Virus record (IMG/VR): IMGVR_UViG_3300025687_006674
Location: 1 to 60,844 of that record
Length of the DNA: 60,844 nt
From: a virus
Lineage: Duplodnaviria > Caudoviricetes
Reading direction: 5' to 3' (one strand)
This document shows positions 1-9,104 of this stretch, one piece after another. Both the position numbers and the translations under genes were made by a program. Under the pieces are notes generated by a model, which saw nothing but the letters and a program-made list of their open reading frames with translations, was not told the origin of the DNA and made no database searches. The stretch's first letter is position 1. Every line of letters begins with the position of its first letter.

Positions 1-205
1 TATTAGTAACCGATGGTGTAGGAGTACTAGTATTAGTTACTGAAGGAGTATCGGTCGGAGTATTTGTAGGTGTTGAGGTATTAGTAACCGATGGTGTAGG
101 AGTACTAGTATTAGTTACTGAAGGAGTATCGGTCGGAGTATTTGTAGGTGTTGAGGTATTAGTAACCGATGGTGTAGGAGTACTAGTATTAGTTACTGAA
201 GGAGT
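1..205. repeat. 78-bp coding tandem repeat (about 2.6 copies visible)
   Basis: Unit tattagtaaccgatggtgtaggag...tgttgagg starts at 1, 79 and 157; encodes TPTPSVTNTSTPTNTPTDTPSVTNTS on the minus strand. Confidence 0.95.
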
Positions 206-1237
206 TGGTGTGGGAGTAACATCAAAAGTAGTGTTAGTATCAACTTGTATTGTCAAACTTGAACCTGTAAATTCATATCTAAAATCACTAAAGTTTGAGA
301 CTTTATTTAATTGTGTGTAATCACCCGGAATTGTATAGTAATTTGTCCCAACACTCGTCCCTGAACTTATTATAACAGAACCACTTAGAGATATTGAAGA
401 ACCGGTTGTTGTACCTAAAGTATCAACAAAGAAAATTTCAACATCTGAATCCAATAATTTATTAGAGGTGGCAGTGTAAAGAATATTAATTGAACCTGGT
501 GAATATTCTCCATCAAGTTCAATAGTGACAGTCCCAACGGTTGGTGTCGGAGTTTGGGTGTTGGTTGGTGTTACAGTTTGAGTTGGTGTAATTGATGGTG
601 TTGATGTACTGTTCGGTGTACTCGTATTAGTTGGCGTTTGACTACTAGTTACTGATGGTGTTGGCGTTTGACTACTAGTTACTGATGGTGTTGGTGTTTG
701 ACTACTAGTTACTGATGGTGTTGGTGTTTGACTACTAGTTACTGATGGTGTTGGTGTTTGACTACTAGTTACTGATGGTGTTGGTGTATTTGATAAAGAT
801 ACTGTCGGAGTAACAGTATTCCTTGGTGTTTCAGTGGGAAATATTATTGGAGATTCACCCCTATTAGGTCTACAACATGTATCACTATCCGCAAAAGAAT
901 CTGACACAGTAATATATAATTTATCTCTTAAAGGTAATTTTATTTCACCCTGATTATTAGTAATTTTAAATTCACCAATATATCTACCTTCTCTTTTTGA
1001 GTCGGTTTTTCTAAATTGATAGTAAACATAATAGTTTGGTGGTGTGTTACCATCCGACATTATACTGGCGGGTCGGTCTAATACTTTGTAAATTTCAGTT
1101 TCTTCATCATACATAGAAAAGGTAATAGTAGATGCCGTCAAAGAATCTGAAAATTCTTTGTAGTCATTTCTACCACTCTTGAAAACTTTCACTTTTATAT
1201 ATGGTAAAGTTGCGTTCTTTTTTATAAAAAATTCCAT
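2..1237 (-). CDS. Thr/Pro/Ser-repeat (mucin-like) virion protein with a BppU-like N-terminal domain; runs off the left edge of the window
   Basis: Not in the ORF track. ATG at 1237 directly follows the stop of the 1239..3272 gene. Translates MEFFIKKNATLPYIKVKV...YYQFRKTDSKREGRYIGEF..., then TPTPSVTSSQ and TPTPSVTNTS repeats, and stays open to the window edge. Confidence 0.75.
   Translation of the reverse strand, partial: MEFFIKKNATLPYIKVKVFKSGRNDYKEFSDSLTASTITFSMYDEETEIYKVLDRPASIMSDGNTPPNYYVYYQFRKTDSKREGRYIGEFKITNNQGEIKLPLRDKLYITVSDSFADSDTCCRPNRGESPIIFPTETPRNTVTPTVSLSNTPTPSVTSSQTPTPSVTSSQTPTPSVTSSQTPTPSVTSSQTPTPSVTSSQTPTNTSTPNSTSTPSITPTQTVTPTNTQTPTPTVGTVTIELDGEYSPGSINILYTATSNKLLDSDVEIFFVDTLGTTTGSSISLSGSVIISSGTSVGTNYYTIPGDYTQLNKVSNFSDFRYEFTGSSLTIQVDTNTTFDVTPTPTPSVTNTSTPTPSVTNTSTPTNTPTDTPSVTNTSTPTPSVTNTSTPTNTPTDTPSVTNTSTPTPSVTN
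631..787. repeat. 30-bp coding tandem repeat (5 copies)
   Basis: ttggYgtttgactactagttactgatggtg at 631, 661, 691, 721 and 751; encodes TPTPSVTSSQ on the minus strand. Confidence 0.95.
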
Positions 1238-1238
1238 A

Positions 1239-3272
1239 TTAGTTAGTAATGTTTACATCAAAGTCACATGTCGGGTCAATAATATTAAACCCAAAGTCAC
1301 AGACAATTTCGTTTATGATAAAGTTATAATCACAAGCCACTTCACCAACGGTAAAGTCAAAGTAACATCCCAATAAACATGGATAACAATTCGAACACCA
1401 AAAATCATAAATATCAAAACGGTCTTTCAATATCCTCGCATTGTGTTGTATTTGTGGACTTGTCAAAGGTTCAGTATACATTCTAAATTGTGACAACCCA
1501 CCCATAAAAGTACCACCAAAGTTTTGTTCCAATAATATATCGGTAGTTAAACCAGTATATGTTGAACCTGATAAAATATTATTTGGTAATAACTCAGGGT
1601 CTTGAATATATGGACCATTTCTTTGTGAACAATTTTTAAATATTAAATGGTCATGTAAACCTTGAGTACCTCCCCCAACTGAAATATTAAAGGGAACTCC
1701 GATTTGTTTTTCTCGTTCTGTGTTTAATTCATGAGGAATAATCTCTTCAAAATCTTCGATTATCATAAAAAGATAACCATTTACATATAATTTTAACAAA
1801 CCTCTTCGGTCGTTAACCTGATTCAACCATTTTTGATTAAACTCAATAATATCTCGTTTTTTCTCTTTTGTTGTTCCACTATGTGTTTGTGGAGGCATTA
1901 TTAAGTTGTAAGCCGCACCATTTATAGATGACGGATATCTTTGTTGTCTAATGTCACCTAAACCACCAACATTTAATAAATCACAATCTTCCAAATATTG
2001 ATATCTCTCAAACACCGCACTTATCATCACCCATCTTTCTTTGGTGTTTGCAGTATAACAAACAACACTATCATACCCACAATCATCGTATATACCACGA
2101 GATGAACATATTTCATTAATAGTATAACCAGTTTCGTATGTTACACCAGTTGTTGTACATGTTCCTGTAGTAACACAATCACCCGTAATTTTAATATACT
2201 TAACACACAATCTTGGATTTTTTGGGTCACCACTTAATCGTAATGACATAGCATTTGATAACACATCAAACTTGGGGTCTTTAGGTGGTACAGGTACAGA
2301 TGTTGTACATGCACCACAACCACATCCCGTATTATGTTGCACTGTAGTTGCTGATGAAGGATAAACATTTATACAATCTGAATTTGTTACACCCGTGTCG
2401 GCACATGCACATGTTTTTAAACACGATAGACTTTCGGTTACTCTTGTATAACCAGTATCTGATTGAGGGCTACCACTAGCAAAGTGATAATACTTATCTT
2501 CGGCTCGAGTACCAAAATAAAAGAATGTACCCGCATTTTCAGGATATATATCATTAAGGTATTGCTCTGATGGTTGTGGATTATATTCATTTCTCTGTCG
2601 AGGTTTTAACATAACCTCAGCAGTCCATCCTTTATTTACTCGTTCAGGAAAAACTTCATAATCCCATCCATGTAATTTATAGAACCCTTGATAGAATCCC
2701 CCATATAATTCGTTATAGTACCCAACATTATCATCTTGTTTTGATACAATATTATATAATGTATCGACTCCACTCCCTGAAAATCTAAAGTTTGGCCAAC
2801 TCATGTATGAAGTAACAGGATGAAACTTCATGTGTCTGTCATAGTAGTGTGGGTGAAACTTATAAAATGGATTAGTCTCAACACCCATCTTATAATAAAG
2901 AGTTTGACCACTCATCTTATTATATAGACCATTATCTGTTGCAACAAGACCTACATCACAAAGACCTGTGTATGCACTAAAACAAGCTAAATCAACGTTA
3001 TTAGGGTTGTAATAGTTTTTTGAAACTAAAGTATTTCCTGAATAGTACTTATTCCAAAGTAAATCTTGTTTAAGATTTGATTCGGCAGAATTTAAATCAA
3101 TATTGATAGGTAAACGATTACCATTGTTTGATGCTATAATATCTGTTGAGAAAACAACCTCCTCGTCATAGTCTTTTTCATCTGACGCTAATGTTAGGTC
3201 AAAATATGAACTATAATCAAGTTTTAAGTCGTATTTATCAAAATAATAATTATTGATATTCTGCGATGCCAT
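1239..3272 (-). CDS. Cys-rich virion protein with a split LamG/concanavalin-A-like fold
   Basis: LKLYVNG and GGLSQFRMYTEPLTSPQIQHN are typical LamG C-terminal strands; many Cys clusters. Start moved to MASQN (3272), which lies downstream of a TATTTAT motif. Confidence 0.55.
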   Translation of the reverse strand: MASQNINNYYFDKYDLKLDYSSYFDLTLASDEKDYDEEVVFSTDIIASNNGNRLPINIDLNSAESNLKQDLLWNKYYSGNTLVSKNYYNPNNVDLACFSAYTGLCDVGLVATDNGLYNKMSGQTLYYKMGVETNPFYKFHPHYYDRHMKFHPVTSYMSWPNFRFSGSGVDTLYNIVSKQDDNVGYYNELYGGFYQGFYKLHGWDYEVFPERVNKGWTAEVMLKPRQRNEYNPQPSEQYLNDIYPENAGTFFYFGTRAEDKYYHFASGSPQSDTGYTRVTESLSCLKTCACADTGVTNSDCINVYPSSATTVQHNTGCGCGACTTSVPVPPKDPKFDVLSNAMSLRLSGDPKNPRLCVKYIKITGDCVTTGTCTTTGVTYETGYTINEICSSRGIYDDCGYDSVVCYTANTKERWVMISAVFERYQYLEDCDLLNVGGLGDIRQQRYPSSINGAAYNLIMPPQTHSGTTKEKKRDIIEFNQKWLNQVNDRRGLLKLYVNGYLFMIIEDFEEIIPHELNTEREKQIGVPFNISVGGGTQGLHDHLIFKNCSQRNGPYIQDPELLPNNILSGSTYTGLTTDILLEQNFGGTFMGGLSQFRMYTEPLTSPQIQHNARILKDRFDIYDFWCSNCYPCLLGCYFDFTVGEVACDYNFIINEIVCDFGFNIIDPTCDFDVNITN

Positions 3273-3285
3273 CCTCTTTTTTATG

Positions 3286-3311
3286 ATAAATACTTTCATC
3301 GCAGTATTTAT
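3286..3311. promoter_or_regulatory. Back-to-back divergent putative late promoters (TATTTAT on each strand)
   Basis: Inverted repeat ATAAATACT-N8-AGTATTTAT between divergent ATGs at 3272 (-) and 3328 (+). Confidence 0.65.
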
Positions 3312-3327
3312 AGTAAAAATCTATTCA

Positions 3328-4092
3328 ATGAAACGCGATTTATTTCCAACAAGACGACAGGCGGAAGCAAGGGCCAAAAAATTAAAAAAGTTTGGATGTG
3401 AAGGAATACACAGTCATAAGATTGACGGTGAGTTTAAATATATGCCCTGTGATTCACATGAGGAGTACGAAAAAGCCATTAAGAAAACTGTTAAAAAGAA
3501 GGAAAAAAATAAAGGAGAAATTGATGAATTGATTGATTTTGATGGTACAATGACAAATTCAAAAATACCAATTTTAGACCCACACCTTCATCCTAAGAAA
3601 ACTACAGACCAAACTGTGGCAGCAACTCGTATAACACAAGACCCGTTATTGAGGGGTTATAGAGTTTATTATGGTGAGAGTACAGTTAAGGAAGAAGATA
3701 TGTCAGATGCCTTTGGATACGAAGAAACTCAGTTTATGGATGCTGAAGATACAATAAAGTATTTAGAAAAAGAATTGGGATTAGAACCTGAAAATGCTGA
3801 AATGAGAGCCGATGAGTTTGGTAAGTCAGAAGACCGAGATGAAAATTCAGAATTTAAAAACAAAAAAGGTTTTGTAGGTAGACCAATTTTAAAAGAAAAA
3901 ATGTTCACTAAAGAAGATATTATAAAAATGTCAGAAGATTTGTTGATAAACAAAAGTGATGACAATGATATTCAGAAAAAAGACTTCAACGCCTCAGAAA
4001 TATTAATGAGAAATATTAAGGTATTAAAAGCACAGGCAGAAGCTGAAGGGGTATCATCATCACAGTTGGTAAAAATGTTAAAAGGTGAATAA
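3328..4092 (+). CDS. Hypothetical protein with an N-terminal Cys/His (DUF3721-like) motif
   Basis: ORF track; start moved to MKRDL (3328); motif AKKLKKFGCEGIHSH...YMPC..H. Confidence 0.6.
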   Translation: MKRDLFPTRRQAEARAKKLKKFGCEGIHSHKIDGEFKYMPCDSHEEYEKAIKKTVKKKEKNKGEIDELIDFDGTMTNSKIPILDPHLHPKKTTDQTVAATRITQDPLLRGYRVYYGESTVKEEDMSDAFGYEETQFMDAEDTIKYLEKELGLEPENAEMRADEFGKSEDRDENSEFKNKKGFVGRPILKEKMFTKEDIIKMSEDLLINKSDDNDIQKKDFNASEILMRNIKVLKAQAEAEGVSSSQLVKMLKGE

Positions 4093-4549
4093 GGATTTAT
4101 ACGATAGAAAAGTAAAATTACCTGAAACTTTAATTAATCATTTGGGAAAAAGTTTCGAAATGGTTGAAGCCGATTCTAACGTTGAGGGATATAATAGGAA
4201 TAAGGATTTAAGAAATGAACCTATTCTGACTTATCAACAACTTAAAAGAATTAAAAATTGGTTTGATTCTTACCAAGGGAAAAAAGAAGACGCTCCTTTT
4301 ATATTAAATGGTGGAGACAGAATGAATAACTGGTGTAATCATGTTCTTGACCATTGGAGAAACACTTTAGAAAGTGGAAAACAAATAAAAATGGACACTG
4401 GAATGGAAAACCAATTTATTAAAAACCATGAAAAAGATGGACTACCACAAACACCTGGACAAAAACACGAAAAGGGTTTAAACAAATATGATGTGGCGGT
4501 AACTGAAAACATAAAACTAATAAATAAACTAATTAAAGATATTTTATAA
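4085..4549 (+). CDS. Hypothetical phage protein
   Basis: 154 aa, GTG start, overlaps both neighbours. LKRIKNWFD...LNGG...W resembles the C-terminal part of the 30353..30916 protein. Confidence 0.7.
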   Translation: MNKDLYDRKVKLPETLINHLGKSFEMVEADSNVEGYNRNKDLRNEPILTYQQLKRIKNWFDSYQGKKEDAPFILNGGDRMNNWCNHVLDHWRNTLESGKQIKMDTGMENQFIKNHEKDGLPQTPGQKHEKGLNKYDVAVTENIKLINKLIKDIL

Positions 4550-4878
4550 TGGCAACTCAAAATGACAAATTAAATTTTTCTCAGCCCGAAAATCAGTTAA
4601 GTGCTTATGCTGAGGCTGAAAGAGCAAAATTATTTCCAAGAAATGATTTCTCACCTGATTCTGATAATTATTCACCTCAACATCCTGACGCATTAGCTGA
4701 CGGTGATACTTTAGGTAGAGGTACAGGTTCTTACTTAGACATCTATAACCAAAAGGCTGGTACAAAAGAAGATATTCAATTAAGAAACGAAGAAATAAAA
4801 ATTAATAGATATAGTTCATCTAAACCTTATTACGTAAGTGATGATGGTAATAATGCACGACCAATGGCAAATCTATAA
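4549..4878 (+). CDS. Hypothetical phage protein
   Basis: 109 aa, TAATG-coupled to the upstream gene. Confidence 0.75.
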   Translation: MATQNDKLNFSQPENQLSAYAEAERAKLFPRNDFSPDSDNYSPQHPDALADGDTLGRGTGSYLDIYNQKAGTKEDIQLRNEEIKINRYSSSKPYYVSDDGNNARPMANL

Positions 4879-4880
4879 AA

Positions 4881-5273
4881 ATGAAATTATTAACCACCGT
4901 AAAAACTTTAATAACTGAAATTGCTTCTTTGGATTCAATACAGAATTCCATAAGAAACAAAGAAGTTATGACCATATTTTACGATGGTGACGAACCTGGT
5001 GGTAGAGGTTTAAGAACAATAGAACCTGTTTGTGTGGGTATAAGTAAGGCTGGAAACTTAGTTTTGAGAGGGTGGGACCTTACGGGAGCATCCCACACAG
5101 CATATAAAGGAGAACAACCATTACCATCATGGAGACTTTTTAGAGTTGATAAAATCTTTACTTATAAACCTACAGGTGATAACTTTTATACACCTAGACC
5201 GGGATATAATCCTACAGGGGATAAGAGTATGACTAGAGTTATACTGAACGCACAATTTGACACAACAGAATAA
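4881..5273 (+). CDS. Stand-alone WYL-domain protein
   Basis: Y...RTIEPVCVG...LRGWD...WRLFRVDKI matches the WYL signature. Confidence 0.75.
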   Translation: MKLLTTVKTLITEIASLDSIQNSIRNKEVMTIFYDGDEPGGRGLRTIEPVCVGISKAGNLVLRGWDLTGASHTAYKGEQPLPSWRLFRVDKIFTYKPTGDNFYTPRPGYNPTGDKSMTRVILNAQFDTTE

Positions 5274-5276
5274 GAC

Positions 5277-5864
5277 ATGAGTGATTTAATGCAAAAATTA
5301 GCAATGTCCAAAAAAATAATGGAAGTACAAGATAGAATTCCAAGAGGACAAGTAAACGGACAACTACCAATGAACGAGAATGTAAACTATAACATTCCAC
5401 AGGATATGGTTCAACAACCAGTACCACAACAAATGCCAACACAAAAAGTACAACAACCTCAACCTGTTACTGAAGACAGAATATCAAACTCAAAATTACC
5501 AGACGAAATTAAAAGATTGATGTTAGAACACCCAATAGAACAACCAAATTTTGGTGCGGGTAGTCCTGTACTTTCTGATGAAATCATAGAAGGTGCTGCA
5601 AGACTTATGGGTAGAAATCAAACAACAAATGAATCAGTAAAAAATAATGTTCAGACACCATCAATAAATAATATTGATACGGATTTAAAACAAATGATTA
5701 GAGATGTTGTTCGTGATACCGTAAGAGATGTCGTTAGAGAAGAATTACAAAATGCCGGTATGATTACCGAATCTGAAAACAAAACTAATGAAATACTATC
5801 ATTACGAGTAGGTAAACACATTTTTGAAGGTAAGGTTCTTAAAATCAAAAAACTAAAACAATAA
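5277..5864 (+). CDS. Hypothetical protein (Gln/Pro-rich)
   Basis: 195 aa ORF in an operon-like array. Confidence 0.75.
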   Translation: MSDLMQKLAMSKKIMEVQDRIPRGQVNGQLPMNENVNYNIPQDMVQQPVPQQMPTQKVQQPQPVTEDRISNSKLPDEIKRLMLEHPIEQPNFGAGSPVLSDEIIEGAARLMGRNQTTNESVKNNVQTPSINNIDTDLKQMIRDVVRDTVRDVVREELQNAGMITESENKTNEILSLRVGKHIFEGKVLKIKKLKQ

Positions 5865-5911
5865 CTTTTCTTATCAGTTAATTTTTACTATACTTTATTA
5901 AAAACTAAAGT

Positions 5912-7123
5912 ATGTCAAAAATTAATGTATTAGTATTACCCTCAGATAGAACAGGTGTTGGTAAATTCCGTTCGGTTGAACCTCACATATTCTTACAAAA
6001 TTTATATCCTGATGATTTTCATGTAGATATCGATTATGAACCAAAAATCGATGATGAAAATTATTGGAAGAATTATCAAATAGTTCATTTCCACCGAAGT
6101 ATTGGTGGTAGAGACGACTCACCTATGATTGTTGAACGACTCAATAAATGGGGTATTGTCACTATCGTAGACTTAGATGATTATTGGTTACCAACCAAAG
6201 AACATCCTGCACATGCTTTAGTTATGGAAAGAGGTATTCACAAAAAGATTTGTGAAAATGTTCGAGCGGCACAATATGTCACAACAACCACATCTATTTA
6301 TGCTGACGAAATTAAAAAATTAAATAAAAATGTATTTGTCATACCTAATGCAATTAATCCCGATGAACCTCAATTTAAGGCCAAAACTGAAAAATCAGAC
6401 ACCTTACGTTTTGGTTGGTTAGGTGGCTCATCTCACTTACATGATATTAAATTATTAGAGGGTAATTTTAGTAAACTTGAAAGTTTAAAAGACAAATTCT
6501 CATTAGTACTTTGTGGTTTTGATACTCGTGGTAGTGTTACAGAAATTAATGCTCAAACTAAAGAACAAAAACAAAGACCTATTAAACCCGAAGAAACGGT
6601 ATGGGCTCGATATGAGGAGATATTCACAAATAATTACAAGTTAGTTAGTGAAGAACAAAAACAATTTTTATTAAAGTTCAGTAACGAACAATACACAGGT
6701 GAGGAAAATCCATTCTATAGTCGTGTATGGACACAACCTGTAACATCTTACGCTAAGAATTATCGTTTATTTGATGTATCTTTGGCACCAATTAAAAATC
6801 ATATTTTTAATAGAATGAAGTCTCAGTTAAAAGTAATCGAAGCAGGTTTTTACAAAAAAGCAATTATCGCGTCTGATGTCGGACCTTACACCATTGATTT
6901 AAAACATTCATTAAAAAATGGAGAATTTGTTGATGGTAATGCACTTTTGGTTGGTGAAAACCGTAATCATGGTGATTGGGCAAAACACATTAAAAAATTA
7001 ATTCAAAACCCAACATGGGCAGAAGATTTAGGTGAAAGACTTTATGAGACTGTAAAAGATACCTATGACCTTAACAATGTAACTAAAACAAGAGCAGAAC
7101 TATATAAATCACTACTAAAATGA
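5912..7123 (+). CDS. Glycosyltransferase, GT-B (GT4-like)
   Basis: DLDDYW, IPNAI, FGWLGGSSH, DVSLAPI...FNRMKSQLKVIEAG...IIASDVGPY. Confidence 0.8.
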   Translation: MSKINVLVLPSDRTGVGKFRSVEPHIFLQNLYPDDFHVDIDYEPKIDDENYWKNYQIVHFHRSIGGRDDSPMIVERLNKWGIVTIVDLDDYWLPTKEHPAHALVMERGIHKKICENVRAAQYVTTTTSIYADEIKKLNKNVFVIPNAINPDEPQFKAKTEKSDTLRFGWLGGSSHLHDIKLLEGNFSKLESLKDKFSLVLCGFDTRGSVTEINAQTKEQKQRPIKPEETVWARYEEIFTNNYKLVSEEQKQFLLKFSNEQYTGEENPFYSRVWTQPVTSYAKNYRLFDVSLAPIKNHIFNRMKSQLKVIEAGFYKKAIIASDVGPYTIDLKHSLKNGEFVDGNALLVGENRNHGDWAKHIKKLIQNPTWAEDLGERLYETVKDTYDLNNVTKTRAELYKSLLK

Positions 7124-7821
7124 TAAGTACACCATTAACTAAGATTTTATTTATTGACATCGAAACTGTAGGTTTAACACCCGACTTTGACACATTAGAA
7201 AAATTTCATCCAGATTTAGCTTACCAATTTGAAAGTTATTTGGATTGGTTTGAAAAACGATTTCCTGAACATAAAGGACAGGGACCGTCTGAAATGTTTT
7301 ATAACAAGGCAGCACTTGTTGCTGAATTTCTTAAAATTGTATGTGTTAGTGTTGGTTTTGTTGACCCTAAGGGTGATATTAAAATGCAAAGTTTTTATGG
7401 TGACGATGAAAATAAACTATTGAAAGACACTCAACATCTTTTGAAGAGAATCGGTAAATTAGATTTTCATCTTTGTGGTCATAATGTGAAGGGTTTTGAT
7501 ATTCCTGTACTTGCAAAGAGAATGGTAATCAACGGATTGCTACCTCCACCTATTTTACCTAACCACGATACTAAACCGTGGGAAATAAAGGCATTAGATA
7601 CAAAAGAATTGTGGCAGTTTGGTAGTTTTGCATCTATCGCGTCTCTTGAACTTATGTGTATTGGTATGGGTGTAGAATCCTCTAAGACAATGGAGGTAAC
7701 AGGTAATAAAGTCCACGAAGCATATTGGAAAGAACAAAAGTTAGAACAAATTAAAGATTATTGTGAGAAGGATGTTGAGGTGTTAATAAATGTAGTAAGC
7801 AAATTTTACGGATTAAAATGA
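7120..7821 (+). CDS. DEDD 3'-5' exonuclease (PolB-exonuclease-like)
   Basis: ExoI FIDIET, ExoII GHNVKGFDIP, ExoIII YCEKDV. Confidence 0.85.
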   Translation: MISTPLTKILFIDIETVGLTPDFDTLEKFHPDLAYQFESYLDWFEKRFPEHKGQGPSEMFYNKAALVAEFLKIVCVSVGFVDPKGDIKMQSFYGDDENKLLKDTQHLLKRIGKLDFHLCGHNVKGFDIPVLAKRMVINGLLPPPILPNHDTKPWEIKALDTKELWQFGSFASIASLELMCIGMGVESSKTMEVTGNKVHEAYWKEQKLEQIKDYCEKDVEVLINVVSKFYGLK

Positions 7822-8417
7822 TTAAAGGATTAGGAAATTTAAAAACAAACTTAAAAACTCTTAAGGAATTACAGGATTCAATCGAAAACATGGACACAAC
7901 AAGTCCTGAAAAAATGATGGAATCTATGGGTATTGACATGGAACAACTAAACAAAGATTTCATGTCAAGTTATAACCATAAAGTTAAGGTACATTATACA
8001 TACGAATCAGAAAATAAATTACCTGAATACGCATACCCAACCGATTCGGGTTTTGACTTAAGGAGTAATGTAGATTTAGAAATTATGCCCTTCGGTCGAG
8101 AGTTAGTACCAACAGGATTATATGTAAGTATTCCTGAAGGTTATGAAATTCAAGTAAGACCAAAGAGTGGATTAGCTATTAAAAAAGGTTTGAGTGTTCT
8201 CAACACACCTGGCACGGTTGACCAAGGTTATACTGGTGAAATCAAAGTTATATTAGTTAATATGAGTAATGATTTTCAATCAATTAATAAAGGTGACAAG
8301 ATTGCCCAAGCAGTTCTATGTCCTGTAGTTGCAGGAAGATATGTAGAATTAATTAAACAAGATAAAATTCAAGATAATGACAGAGGAAGTAATGGATTCG
8401 GTTCAACAGGAAACTAA
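7818..8417 (+). CDS. dut: Trimeric dUTPase with a ~55-aa N-terminal extension
   Basis: SGFDL, RPKSGLA, GTVDQGYTGEI, GDKIAQ, RGSNGFGSTG. Confidence 0.95.
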   Translation: MIKGLGNLKTNLKTLKELQDSIENMDTTSPEKMMESMGIDMEQLNKDFMSSYNHKVKVHYTYESENKLPEYAYPTDSGFDLRSNVDLEIMPFGRELVPTGLYVSIPEGYEIQVRPKSGLAIKKGLSVLNTPGTVDQGYTGEIKVILVNMSNDFQSINKGDKIAQAVLCPVVAGRYVELIKQDKIQDNDRGSNGFGSTGN

Positions 8418-8796
8418 TGTAAGTCCAGTTTTACCTGAAAATGTAAAAAATTATTTGATTGACATTGATGGTACCATAACTGATGATGTTCCAAATGAAG
8501 ACCCTGAAAGAATGAAGGTTATTAAACCATATCAAGGGTCTGTTGAACTTATTAATGCTTGGTATTCTGAAGGACATATTATAACATTTTTCACGTCAAG
8601 AGGAAGTGATTTAAGAGAAATAACAGAAACGTGGTTAAATGATAATGGTTACAAATACCATAATCTTTTAATGGATAAACCACGAGGTGGAAATTACCAT
8701 TGGATAGACAATCATATTGTCAGAGCAACAAGATACAACGGTAAATGGACACCATTAACTACGGTGAATGCTAACATTCAGGTATTTAAAGATTAA
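8377..8796 (+). CDS. HAD-superfamily phosphatase (capless)
   Basis: LIDIDGTI, FFTSRG, MDKP, WIDN. Confidence 0.8.
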   Translation: MTEEVMDSVQQETNVSPVLPENVKNYLIDIDGTITDDVPNEDPERMKVIKPYQGSVELINAWYSEGHIITFFTSRGSDLREITETWLNDNGYKYHNLLMDKPRGGNYHWIDNHIVRATRYNGKWTPLTTVNANIQVFKD

Positions 8797-9104
8797 TGTT
8801 TACACGTTATATAGTAGAAGAAGACGATGAAAAAATTGTTTGGATGGATTGGAATTGGAACAAACATCGAGACAATGACTTACCAGCAATAGTGTGGAAA
8901 GATGGTACACTATCTTGGTATAAAAGAGGAGTTAAACATAGAGATAATGGACAACCTGCCGTTATTTTTCCTGACGGACATAAAGAATGGTGGGTTAATG
9001 GAAAATTACATAGAGAAGACGGACCAGCAATAATCAGAGCTGAAGGTTATGTCTTCTATTTTAAAGATGGTATAGAATATGATAACGATAGGTTTCAGCA
9101 GTAA
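8796..9104 (+). CDS. HRxDGPA-repeat (MORN-variant-like) protein
   Basis: Three repeats: HRDNDLPAI, HRDNGQPAV, HREDGPAI. Confidence 0.75.
   Translation: MFTRYIVEEDDEKIVWMDWNWNKHRDNDLPAIVWKDGTLSWYKRGVKHRDNGQPAVIFPDGHKEWWVNGKLHREDGPAIIRAEGYVFYFKDGIEYDNDRFQQ

Noticed and set aside
1-787. 30-bp and 78-bp repeats as a CRISPR array
   Set aside because: Contiguous units with no unique spacers, lengths are multiples of 3, and they lie in an open frame encoding Thr/Pro/Ser repeats; no cas genes.
3253-3327. Upstream starts in the ORF track (3253, 3299, 32559, 37074, 54778, 55927)
   Set aside because: These extensions run through promoter motifs or terminators, overlap neighbouring genes, or use a weaker non-ATG start; downstream ATGs fit better.
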